A DNA stretch of 64,000 bases, from NCBI GenBank assembly GCA_024236175.1, contig JACKKY010000004.1:439249-503248 (forward strand), read 5' to 3'. Shown piece by piece: positions 36,786-45,405 of this stretch. This stretch comes from Novosphingobium sp. GTDB taxonomy: Bacteria; Pseudomonadota; Alphaproteobacteria; Sphingomonadales; Sphingomonadaceae. The stretch's first letter is position 1, and every line of letters starts with the position of its first letter. The position numbers and the translations under genes were made by a program. The notes under the pieces were generated by a model. It worked only from the letters and a program-made list of their open reading frames with translations. It searched no databases and was not told the DNA's origin.

Positions 36786-38966
36786 ATGAAGCAATCCAAT
36801 CTGAGGCAGCTGGGCATCACCGTCAGCGCCATGGCTCTTGCAGTTCCCGCGGTAGCCTGGGCCCAGGCCCCGGAAGCGCGGGATGACACGGACATTGTCG
36901 TCACTGCGCAGCGCCTCAACCAGTCGCAGATCCTGCGCGAGGGCGCCCTGGGCGCGCTTGGCAACCAGGATGCCTTCAATGTGCCATTCGCCGTCAAGTC
37001 CTACGATTCGACGCTGATCCTCAACCAGCAGTCGCAAACGCTGGGCCAGGTGCTCGACAACGATCCCTCGGTGCGCACCACCTACGGCTTCGGCAACGCA
37101 TCGGAACAGTTCGTCGTCCGTGGTTTCCCGTTGTTCGGTGAAGACGTGGCGATCGACGGGCTCTACGGCATCACCCCGCGCCAGCTCGTTTCGCCGGAGC
37201 TCTACGACCAGGTGCAGATCCTGAACGGCGCCAGCGCCTTCCTGTACGGCGCGGCTCCCGGCGGCACCGCGATCGGCGGCACTGTCAACGTGATGCCCAA
37301 GCGGGCTACCGGGCGGCTGATTGCCCGGGTCACCGCCAATTACAATTCGGACCAGCATATCGGCGGTGCTTTCGATATCGGCAAGCGCTTCGGCGACGAC
37401 GAATCCTTCGGCGTGCGCGTCAACGGCGCCGGGCGCTGGGGCGACATTTCGATCGACGACGAATACCGCAGTTCGACCGTCGTCGGCCTCGCCGCCGATT
37501 GGCGCTCCGGCAGCGTGCGCCTTTCCTTCGACTTCGCCTATCAGCGCAGCAAGGTCGAGCATATGCGCCCGATGGTGCAGATCGGCGATTTCTCCGCGCT
37601 TCCCAAGGCGCCGAAGTCCAGCATCAATTTCGGCCAGCCCTGGCAGTTCACGACCCTGCGCGACGTCTTCGGCATCCTGAAGGCCGAGGTCGACGTGACA
37701 GACGACTTCATGCTCTATGCTTCGCTCGGCGCGCGTGACGGAGCCGAGCGCGGCAACTACCAGGGCTTTACGGTGACCAATTCGGCAACCGGCGACGCGA
37801 CCGTCACCGGTTCCAGAATTCCGCGCAACGACAACAACGAGGCCGGCCAGATCGGCCTGCGCGCCAATCTCGACACCGGCCCGTTCAGCCATGAGATCAA
37901 TGCCGGCATTTCCGCGATCCGGCAGGTGAACCGCAATGCCTTCGCCTTCGGCGACTTCGGCGGTTCGCCCACCAATCTCTACAACCCCGTCGACGTCGCG
38001 ACTCCCGATTTCAATTTCTTCATCGGCGGCGATATCGACAACCCATTCCCGATCGGCCGGACTCGCCTTTTCAGCATGTTCGTTTCCGACACGATCACCG
38101 CTTTCGACGAGCGCGTGCTGCTCACGGTCGGACTGCGGCGACAGAAGATGAAGATCCTGTCCTACGGCTATTACGACGGGGGTGCGCTGGGCACGTCCTA
38201 CGACAAGGAAGCGACGACTCCGGTCCTGGGCATCGTGGTCAAGCCGACCGAGAATATCTCACTCTACGCCAACCGGGTGCAGGCCCTGCTGCAAGGGCCG
38301 AGCGTTCCGAACGATCCCAGCCAGTACCTCAATTTCGGCGAGGTTTTCGCCCCGTTCAAGGCGACCCAGTACGAAATCGGCGGCAAGGTGAACTTCGGCC
38401 GCTGGAACGCATCGGTCGCGCTGTTCAAGACCGCGCGTCCCAACCAGCTTGAACGCCGCCTGGACCCGAACGACCCCAACAGCCTGCTTGTCCTCACGCT
38501 GGAAGGCGAGCAGCGCAACCGCGGCATCGAACTCAGCGTCGACGGCGAGCCGGTCGAGGGATTGCGGCTGATCGCCGGACTGTCGGTGATCGATGCGGAA
38601 CTGCGCCGCACGCAGGGTGGTGCGCTCGACGGCAACCAGGCCCTCGGCGTTCCGGAATTCACCGCCAACGCCAATATCGAATGGGATACACCGTTCTTCC
38701 CCGGCTTCACCCTCACGGGGCGGGTGCTGCATACGGACAAGCAGTATTTCGATGCCGCCAACACGTTGAGCATTCCGTCATGGACGCGTTTCGATCTGGG
38801 CGCGCGCTACGTGTTCGCGGCCGGCGACACCCCGGTGACGCTGCGCTTCAACGTGGATAACGTCGCCGACAAGAACTACTGGGCTTCCGCTTTCGGCAGC
38901 TTCGGCGGCCAGCTCGTGATGGGGCTGCCCCGCACGTTCAAGGCTTCGATCACAGCCGATTTCTGA
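36786..38966 (+). CDS. TonB-dependent (siderophore-type) outer-membrane receptor
   Basis: It has the signal MKQSNLRQLGITVSAMALAVPAVAWAQ, a TonB-box-like DIVVTAQR, a plug plus barrel, and a C-terminal Phe. Confidence 0.85.
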   Translation: MKQSNLRQLGITVSAMALAVPAVAWAQAPEARDDTDIVVTAQRLNQSQILREGALGALGNQDAFNVPFAVKSYDSTLILNQQSQTLGQVLDNDPSVRTTYGFGNASEQFVVRGFPLFGEDVAIDGLYGITPRQLVSPELYDQVQILNGASAFLYGAAPGGTAIGGTVNVMPKRATGRLIARVTANYNSDQHIGGAFDIGKRFGDDESFGVRVNGAGRWGDISIDDEYRSSTVVGLAADWRSGSVRLSFDFAYQRSKVEHMRPMVQIGDFSALPKAPKSSINFGQPWQFTTLRDVFGILKAEVDVTDDFMLYASLGARDGAERGNYQGFTVTNSATGDATVTGSRIPRNDNNEAGQIGLRANLDTGPFSHEINAGISAIRQVNRNAFAFGDFGGSPTNLYNPVDVATPDFNFFIGGDIDNPFPIGRTRLFSMFVSDTITAFDERVLLTVGLRRQKMKILSYGYYDGGALGTSYDKEATTPVLGIVVKPTENISLYANRVQALLQGPSVPNDPSQYLNFGEVFAPFKATQYEIGGKVNFGRWNASVALFKTARPNQLERRLDPNDPNSLLVLTLEGEQRNRGIELSVDGEPVEGLRLIAGLSVIDAELRRTQGGALDGNQALGVPEFTANANIEWDTPFFPGFTLTGRVLHTDKQYFDAANTLSIPSWTRFDLGARYVFAAGDTPVTLRFNVDNVADKNYWASAFGSFGGQLVMGLPRTFKASITADF

Positions 38967-38975
38967 TACCTTCCA

Positions 38976-39001
38976 GCCGGGCCGGTGCTGATCGGCCCGG
39001 C
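38976..39001 (+). terminator. Stem-loop after the receptor gene (weak terminator candidate)
   Basis: It reads GCCGGGCCG-gtgctgat-CGGCCCGGC, a perfect 9-bp stem. There is no clear T-tract and the next gene follows. Confidence 0.3.
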
Positions 39002-39052
39002 GAAGTCGGACTTTCGTGCATGTCGTCCGGCTTCCCGTTCGGAGAGGATCGG

Positions 39053-39331
39053 ATGGCCGAGCAGCAAGAGCCCTACAAGACCACGCCCGTGTTCGACGAG
39101 ACGACCCTGCCGGAAGCGATCCGGAACGAGCACCGTACCAAGGCGGGAACATGGGGCTTGCTGAGAGTGATCGAGGGTGAAGTGGACCTCGTCTTCGTCG
39201 ACCCGCCGGCGCGCGTGCACGTAACTCCGGAAAAGCCGGCTCCGATTGCGCCGGAAGCCACCCATTACGTCGAGCTGTGCGGCCCGATGCGCATGCAGGT
39301 CGAATTCTACCGCGAACCGCCCGAGGTCTGA
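39053..39331 (+). CDS. DUF1971-like small protein (TehB C-terminal/YeaR-like)
   Basis: It has YKTTPVFDETTLPEAIRNEHRTKAGTWGLLRVIEGEV. GGAGAGGA lies 4 nt before the ATG at 39053. Confidence 0.6.
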   Translation: MAEQQEPYKTTPVFDETTLPEAIRNEHRTKAGTWGLLRVIEGEVDLVFVDPPARVHVTPEKPAPIAPEATHYVELCGPMRMQVEFYREPPEV

Positions 39332-39352
39332 CGCCTCCTTTCCAATTGGCGT

Positions 39353-40951
39353 TCAGGCGGGGCCGGCTTGTGTCGCCTCCGCATGCGCAGGCCCGCTGCC
39401 CGGCAAGGCCCAGACGCTGTCGCGCGGTCCCGCGCCCGCACGACGACGGGCCGATCGCCAGGCGATGAACAGCGCCGAAGCAATGGCCAAGGCGGTGATA
39501 TCGACAGCCCAGACGCGGAGCGGATGGCTTGCGATCGCCGCGAGAGACGCGATCGGGACCAGCAGCATGGCAACGGCTGCGGCAGGGAGCTGTTCGATCC
39601 CCGCTCGCGCCGCCCCACGCGCCAGAGCCCATAGGACAAAGGCCAGGAACACGCCGTAGTAGATGGCGCTGTGGATGCCCGGAGTTGCCGACAGGCCCAG
39701 CGGCTTGGCCGCGGCCACGGTCGCGGAAATGCCCGCCACGCAGCCGAGCGGCACGCCGACTGTCAGCGCCGCCAGAATCCGCGTCGAACGCGATTGCTCG
39801 ACTGCGCCCGCCTTGCGCTCACGCTTGCGGCGCGATTCCACCCAGAGCAGGTTGCCGGTGTAAAACAGGAACGCTCCCGACAGCCCCAGCAGAAAATAGG
39901 CCCAGCGGATCGGCGTTCCGCCGAAGCTCCCGAAATGCAGGGCGAAGAAACTGGTGATCGCCGCCGACCAACCGTCCTGGTGTCCCGGCAGGTAATCGCT
40001 TTGGGTAATCTCGCCGGTCGCGGGATCGAGCATCGCCGCGCCGAAATCCGGCCCTCGCTGGGCGAAGCGAATGTCACCCCCGAGCACGCGCAGGGCCGCC
40101 TCGCCGCTTGGCGAGCTGCCATACTCCAGCGCGACCGGCGTGAAACCGGGCGCCTGTTCGCGAATGCGCGAGACGACCTGGGCGGGAGGCAGCGAGGGTC
40201 TGGGCGGAGCCTGCTCGACCGCCGCCCCCCGGTCCGGCCGTTCCGGCCCGCCGAAGGCGACCGCCTGCGCCGCGTAGAACTGATCGTGGAAGGCAAAGAC
40301 AATGCTGGTGAGCGCAATCACAATGTGGAACGGCAGGCTGAACAGGCCCAGCACGTTGTGCAGGTCCAGCCACATCCGCTTGACGTTGCGCCCGATACGC
40401 AGCGCGAACAGGTCTTTCACCAGGCTTGGCAGCAGGACCACGAGGCCGGAAACGATCGCGATGAAATAGAGCAGCGCGATCGCTCCCATGATCGGCATCG
40501 CGATTTCGTGGTCGAACGGCAGTCCCACCTGCTGGTGGAGCACATCGACGAAGCGGGCGACCGGCGACGGGCCCTCCGTCTCGACCTGCAGCGAACCGTC
40601 GGGCGCGAGGGATGCGAAATTCATGGTTCCGCCGCCATGTTCCGCTTCCTCGCCCCGCGCGTCGCTCCAGCTCAGCCGGGCCGGATGTGCGGCATCGATC
40701 GACAGGTGGACGGTATAGCCGTGCGCCGCTTCGGGATGCTCGGCGAGCACCCTGGCGACCAGTTCCGGGGTCCGTTGCAGCGATGGCGCCGGAGCCAACC
40801 GGCTGGGCGGGGACGCCCACTCCTGAAGCGGTCCTTCGAACATGGTGATAGCGCCGGCATAGAAGGCGATGAACAGCGCAAGTCCGGACACGATGCCGAC
40901 CCAGCCGTGGATTTCCTTGTACATCTTGACGAGATCGGTCGGCAGCTTCAC
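39353..40951 (-). CDS. PepSY-associated transmembrane protein (PiuB/FoxB-like)
   Basis: The GTG at 40951 overlaps the upstream TGA (GTGA). It has KMYKEIHGWVGIVSGLALFIAFYAG, NVLGLFSLPFHIVIALT and FALHFGSFGG. Confidence 0.75.
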   Translation of the reverse strand: MKLPTDLVKMYKEIHGWVGIVSGLALFIAFYAGAITMFEGPLQEWASPPSRLAPAPSLQRTPELVARVLAEHPEAAHGYTVHLSIDAAHPARLSWSDARGEEAEHGGGTMNFASLAPDGSLQVETEGPSPVARFVDVLHQQVGLPFDHEIAMPIMGAIALLYFIAIVSGLVVLLPSLVKDLFALRIGRNVKRMWLDLHNVLGLFSLPFHIVIALTSIVFAFHDQFYAAQAVAFGGPERPDRGAAVEQAPPRPSLPPAQVVSRIREQAPGFTPVALEYGSSPSGEAALRVLGGDIRFAQRGPDFGAAMLDPATGEITQSDYLPGHQDGWSAAITSFFALHFGSFGGTPIRWAYFLLGLSGAFLFYTGNLLWVESRRKRERKAGAVEQSRSTRILAALTVGVPLGCVAGISATVAAAKPLGLSATPGIHSAIYYGVFLAFVLWALARGAARAGIEQLPAAAVAMLLVPIASLAAIASHPLRVWAVDITALAIASALFIAWRSARRRAGAGPRDSVWALPGSGPAHAEATQAGPA

Positions 40952-41241
40952 GCGGCAAGCCCTCCCAGAAGAGCGATGAGGGACCAGAGCGCGAGATTGG
41001 CGAGAGCCAGCCAACCCCAGGCGCGCAGCCCCGATCGGAACAGGAAACACAACGAAACGGCCAGTGCCCAGACCGGTGCCATCATCCACATGGCCAGCTG
41101 GCCCTTGGTGGAAAAGAACGTCTCGCCCACGCCGGCCAGGATCTTGAACAATCCGGCAGCGCCAAGCGCGAGCAGGAAGCCGAGAACGAGCCCCGCGCTC
41201 GCCTTGCCGAACCAGTCGCGGCTGGAAAGCGGCCTTCTCAC
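40948..41241 (-). CDS. Small integral membrane protein (DUF3649-like?)
   Basis: The GTG at 41241 overlaps the upstream TGA. It has three predicted hydrophobic helices. The longer track ORF has a junk N-terminus. Confidence 0.5.
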   Translation of the reverse strand: MRRPLSSRDWFGKASAGLVLGFLLALGAAGLFKILAGVGETFFSTKGQLAMWMMAPVWALAVSLCFLFRSGLRAWGWLALANLALWSLIALLGGLAA

Positions 41242-41513
41242 GACTTGCCCTCGGGCGCACCGCGCCACCAGGCGACTATGAGCGGCAGCACGGTCCAGGC
41301 CACCATCGCGAGCGTCACGACGATGAAGACCGAAGCGACCGGCCCGGCCCATCGCAGGACCAGCGCCAGGCCCGAGGCAAGCGCTGCAATTCCTGTCCAC
41401 GCGAGCAGGCGGCCCGGCAGACGAGCCTTCGCCAGCCGCTGGTTTGGCGATGCAAGGTAGAGCAGTGTTGCCCCGACCACGACGACAACTCCGCCCAGAA
41501 CCGCGATCATCAT
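41238..41513 (-). CDS. Small integral membrane protein (DUF3325-like?)
   Basis: It is 91 aa with three hydrophobic helices and starts 7 nt after the receptor stop. Confidence 0.55.
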   Translation of the reverse strand: MMIAVLGGVVVVVGATLLYLASPNQRLAKARLPGRLLAWTGIAALASGLALVLRWAGPVASVFIVVTLAMVAWTVLPLIVAWWRGAPEGKS

Positions 41514-41520
41514 GCCGCCC

Positions 41521-43761
41521 CTACCAGCGGAACTGCAGGCGCGCCGTAACCACGCGGCCCTGACCGTAGAAGCAGGAGGCCGAGGTCGAGCAGGTCACGA
41601 CATAGCGCTTGTCGGCGATATTGCGCGCGTTCACGGAGAGCGACAGCCCTTCGAGGCGCGGGTTGGCGACGCCGAACTCATAGCGCATGAACAGGTCGAA
41701 CAGCGTGTAGTCCGAAATCGGGAAGAGGTTGTTGGTGTCGCCGAAGCTCTCGCCGGTGTAGCGGACGCCGCCGCCGAAGCCGAAGCCGGCCAGCGCGCCG
41801 TCGCTGATGCGCTGGTCTACGAACAACGAGGCGAGGTATTTCGGCACCGCCTGCAGCTTGTTGCCGACGATCGGATCGTTGGACTTGGTGACTTCCGCGT
41901 CGAGATGGGAAGCGGATGCGATCAGCGTCGTGCCCGAGGCGAGCGAGGCCCTGCCTTCGAATTCCACGCCGCGAACCTGTGCCTCGCCGGCCTGGACCTG
42001 GCAGACGCGCCTGCCGCACAGGACTCCGTTGGGATCGGCGGTCGGGACGTTCTGCTGCGTGATTTCGAACACGCCCAGCGTCAGGTAGATGTTGCGGCCG
42101 CGCTGGTAGCGCAGCCCGGCTTCGAACTGGTCGCCGGTGGTCGGTTCGAACAACACGCCGCCGAGTGTCTGAGAAGGATCTACGACCTGCGGCAGGAAGG
42201 ATTCGGAATAGCTGACATAGGGAGCAAGCCCGTTGTCGAAGAGGTAGACTGCGCCGGCCCGCCAGGTGAAATCCTTCGCTTCGGTTGCGAACGTCGTGCT
42301 GGTGAGGAGGTTTTCGCTGGTGTCCTTCGCCCAGTCGTACCGGCCGCCGAGGGTGACGCGCAGCCGCCCGATCTCGATCTGGTCCTGCAGGTAGAGCCCC
42401 GTCTGCTTGCTGACCGAAGAACCGTAGATCTGTGGCGCGATATTATCGAGATAGTCGCTCGATCCGCGCGGCACCGGATCGAAGATGTTCCACAGGGGCA
42501 GGACCTGCCCGGGAGCCGGCGCACCGGGCTGGCTCACGAGATCGCGGAAATGCTCCCACTCGGTGTGGAAATAATCGAAGCCGGCCAGCAAGGTGTGAGC
42601 GAGCGCCCCGGTCTCCAGCCGCGCCTCGATTTGCGTATCGACTGCAAAACCGTCGCTCTCGCCGCGACCTTCCACGGCCCTGCGGCCAACCGTCTGGCCG
42701 TCGATACATTCAGGCCCAAGCCCAGCAGCCGCGCAATCGGTAATCGTGTCACCGGAAAGGACGGTCAGCCGGAACAGTGTGTCGATATGCGTGTATCGGG
42801 CGTTGTTGCGGATCGTCAGCGCGTCATTGAAGCGATGCTCGAAGAAGGAGCCGATGAGATACTGGTTGCGATCGAACGTGTTCCACTGCGGCTCGCCGAT
42901 GTTGGCGTCGTTTGCGATGTAGCCGCCGTTGGTCGGCCGGTAGGAGCCGGTCGCCGGCAGGAACTGGAACGTCGATCCGCCCTCGTCGCGCTGGTACTGG
43001 CCAAGCAGCGTCCAGCTCGTGTCGACGCCCGGACGCCAGGTCAGGCTGGGCGAGACGTAGTAGCGTGAATTCTCGTTGTCGTTCACCTGCGTGCCGCCGT
43101 GATGGGCGAGGCCGACCACGCGTGCGGCGAGCGATCCGTCGTCGTTCAGCGGTCCGGTGATGTCGGCACCCGCGCGCCACGACCAGTTGCCGAGATCGGT
43201 GTAGCCCTGCCCCTGCAGCAGGATTTCCCCGGCCAGTTCGGCCTGGGGACGCTTGCTGACGATGTTCACGATGCCGCCCGGCGCGGTCTGGCCATACAGC
43301 ACGCTCGACGGTCCCTTGAGAACCTCGAGTTGCTCGAGCCCGAACGTGTCGAAGCCGAAGCGGGTCCATCCCCCACCCGAGGGCAGCCGCAAGCCGTCCA
43401 CGAAGTTGTTGTTGGACGAATAGCCGCCTGCGCCGAAGCCGCGAACCGAAACCTCGTCGGTGCGACTGTCGATGCCGGAAGGCTCGGCCAGCACGCCGGC
43501 CGTGTACGACAAGGCGTCGGCAATGGTCGACGCCGCCCGGATGTCGATTTCGTCGCGGCTGATCACCGAGATCGTTTGCGGCGATTCGATGATCGGAGCG
43601 TCGGTCTTGGTACTGGAAAGCGCCGACGACAGCCCCGTCGCGGTGACGACGATTTCCCGTTTCTCAGGGCCGGAAGGCGCAGCCGCCGCGGTTTCCTGGG
43701 CGGCCGCATGCGTGCCCGCTCCGATTGCAAGGATTGCCGCCCCGCACGCAAGATATTTCAT
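41521..43761 (-). CDS. TonB-dependent siderophore receptor
   Basis: It has the signal MKYLACGAAILAIGAGTHAAAQE, a TonB-box-like EIVVTATG, a plug motif and a C-terminal RLQFRW. Confidence 0.9.
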   Translation of the reverse strand: MKYLACGAAILAIGAGTHAAAQETAAAAPSGPEKREIVVTATGLSSALSSTKTDAPIIESPQTISVISRDEIDIRAASTIADALSYTAGVLAEPSGIDSRTDEVSVRGFGAGGYSSNNNFVDGLRLPSGGGWTRFGFDTFGLEQLEVLKGPSSVLYGQTAPGGIVNIVSKRPQAELAGEILLQGQGYTDLGNWSWRAGADITGPLNDDGSLAARVVGLAHHGGTQVNDNENSRYYVSPSLTWRPGVDTSWTLLGQYQRDEGGSTFQFLPATGSYRPTNGGYIANDANIGEPQWNTFDRNQYLIGSFFEHRFNDALTIRNNARYTHIDTLFRLTVLSGDTITDCAAAGLGPECIDGQTVGRRAVEGRGESDGFAVDTQIEARLETGALAHTLLAGFDYFHTEWEHFRDLVSQPGAPAPGQVLPLWNIFDPVPRGSSDYLDNIAPQIYGSSVSKQTGLYLQDQIEIGRLRVTLGGRYDWAKDTSENLLTSTTFATEAKDFTWRAGAVYLFDNGLAPYVSYSESFLPQVVDPSQTLGGVLFEPTTGDQFEAGLRYQRGRNIYLTLGVFEITQQNVPTADPNGVLCGRRVCQVQAGEAQVRGVEFEGRASLASGTTLIASASHLDAEVTKSNDPIVGNKLQAVPKYLASLFVDQRISDGALAGFGFGGGVRYTGESFGDTNNLFPISDYTLFDLFMRYEFGVANPRLEGLSLSVNARNIADKRYVVTCSTSASCFYGQGRVVTARLQFRW

Positions 43762-43856
43762 TTCCCGATGCCCCCATTGATCTCAAATCGCCCGTTTTGC
43801 GAGCCAGTAGTGCGAATGATTCGCAGATGCAGCTACGGCGCACTTTGATTTGAGTC

Positions 43857-43875
43857 AATGATAACGATTCTCATT
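43857..43875. promoter_or_regulatory. Fur-box-like site
   Basis: AATGATAACGATTCTCATT matches 13 of 16 aligned positions of the classical GATAATGATAATCATTATC box. It lies about 100 nt upstream of the receptor ATG. Confidence 0.55.
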
Positions 43876-43994
43876 AGCCTGATTGAACGGATCAAGCTGG
43901 GCAGTCAGAATGGGGATATCGGCTCCGGGATCGAGTCAGTGGCTCGCCGACCGAGCCCTTTCCCACAAAGGCGGTGTGCCGGGAATTTCGCGCG

Positions 43995-45248
43995 TCAGGC
44001 GGGCACTGCCGCCACGTCGAACTCCACCGGCAGGCCGCGAAGCCCCCAGGTGCCCGGGAATGGGCGGTAGCCGAGAGGGCCGGAAGTCCGCGGATTGCGG
44101 ATGCGCTGGGCGATCAGGTGAAGCCCTTCGTGGATCTGCGCCCGCGCGATGTACTGGCCGAGGCAGATATGCGCACCCAGGCCGAAGCCGATGTGCGGGT
44201 TCTTCTGTTCGCGTTCCGGATCGAAGCTTTCGAAGTGATCGGCATAGCGCGGATCGTGCGTCGCGATGCTGAGCGGAAACCACACGATCGCATCCTTTTC
44301 CAGCAGCACGTCGCGATAGACGACGTCTTCCTTGAGGACGCGTTGCGAGGAGGTGGTGCTGTGGATGCGGAATGCCTCTTCGACCACGCTGCGGGCGAAA
44401 GCGTGATCTTCGGCACAGCGCCGGTACATCTCCGGGCGTTCCAGCAGTTCCCACATCGTCAGCGTGAGCATGTTCTTCGACGTGTCGTAGCCCGCGACGA
44501 ACAGGAAGATCAGGATATCCGCCAGTTCGCGATCGGTCAGGTCTCCCTTGCTCTGGGTCTCCAGCAACAGGTCGAGCAGGTCGGGCTCCTCGCCGGTGCG
44601 AGGCTTTGCCCTGCGCTCGGCGATCAGGCCGTCGACGAAGTTCTCCATCGTTACCACGCCTTCCTGCATGGCCGGCAGCCAGCGCGGGTCCATGCTGGTG
44701 CTGAGGCCGATGGCTTCCATGGCGGAACGCAAGCCCGGGATGACGTCCGGCGACGCACCGATCAGCCGGCACATCACCGTGATCGGGAAATAGGAGGCGA
44801 ACTCCTCGAAATCGAAGGACCCTTTCGGAGCCCATTCGTCGAGTAGCCCGGAAATGACCTCGCGCATCAGCGGGCGGTGATTGTTTGCCTGCCGCGGCGT
44901 GAAGGACGGCGCCAGGATGTCGCGAATCCGCTTGTGCGGCGCGCCGGACATGTTGAGCATGTGGCGTTGCTGGAAATTGCCCCAGGGCGTGTCTTTGGCG
45001 TCCATGATCTCCACAATGTTGTCATAGAGCATGCCCATCTTGTCCTCGCCCGCGAACAGGTCGCGCATCGCCTTGTAGTCGGTGACGACATAGCCGAGCG
45101 TCCATCGCGCCAGCCAAGGATGCTGCGCCCGCGCGGCGGCGAAGTGCGGAAACGGGTCCGCGGCGAAGGCATCTTCATCCATGGTAAGATAGGGAAGGTC
45201 GAGTTTTGCGGCCTCTTCCATCAGCATGCTCTCCCGGACATCGTCCAT
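43995..45248 (-). CDS. Cytochrome P450
   Basis: It has the heme-thiolate loop FGLGAHICLG, an I-helix-like FVAGYDTS and an ExxR motif. No redox partner is adjacent. Confidence 0.9.
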   Translation of the reverse strand: MDDVRESMLMEEAAKLDLPYLTMDEDAFAADPFPHFAAARAQHPWLARWTLGYVVTDYKAMRDLFAGEDKMGMLYDNIVEIMDAKDTPWGNFQQRHMLNMSGAPHKRIRDILAPSFTPRQANNHRPLMREVISGLLDEWAPKGSFDFEEFASYFPITVMCRLIGASPDVIPGLRSAMEAIGLSTSMDPRWLPAMQEGVVTMENFVDGLIAERRAKPRTGEEPDLLDLLLETQSKGDLTDRELADILIFLFVAGYDTSKNMLTLTMWELLERPEMYRRCAEDHAFARSVVEEAFRIHSTTSSQRVLKEDVVYRDVLLEKDAIVWFPLSIATHDPRYADHFESFDPEREQKNPHIGFGLGAHICLGQYIARAQIHEGLHLIAQRIRNPRTSGPLGYRPFPGTWGLRGLPVEFDVAAVPA

Positions 45249-45363
45249 GCATCAATGACCTTCGCATAGCGCATTTGGCAAGTCCCGGTAACCGCGCACG
45301 CCAATGCTGCAGCGCAGAAGGACAATGCTGCGATGCGCGAATTCCCTCTTCTCAGATACGATG

Positions 45364-45389
45364 TTTCTATATACCGTAAGATATAGAAA
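45364..45389. promoter_or_regulatory. Mo-box-type operator TTTCTATAT-N8-ATATAGAAA
   Basis: It has perfect 9-bp inverted arms and lies 17 nt upstream of the modA ATG. TATAT-type arms are characteristic of ModE-family operators. Confidence 0.6.
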
Positions 45390-45405
45390 CCGGGATTCGA
45401 GCTCT

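Noticed and set aside
41512-43068. A 518-aa plus-strand ORF lies antisense to the TonB-dependent receptor.
   Set aside because: It is an antisense artefact with an Arg/Asp/Gly-rich product.
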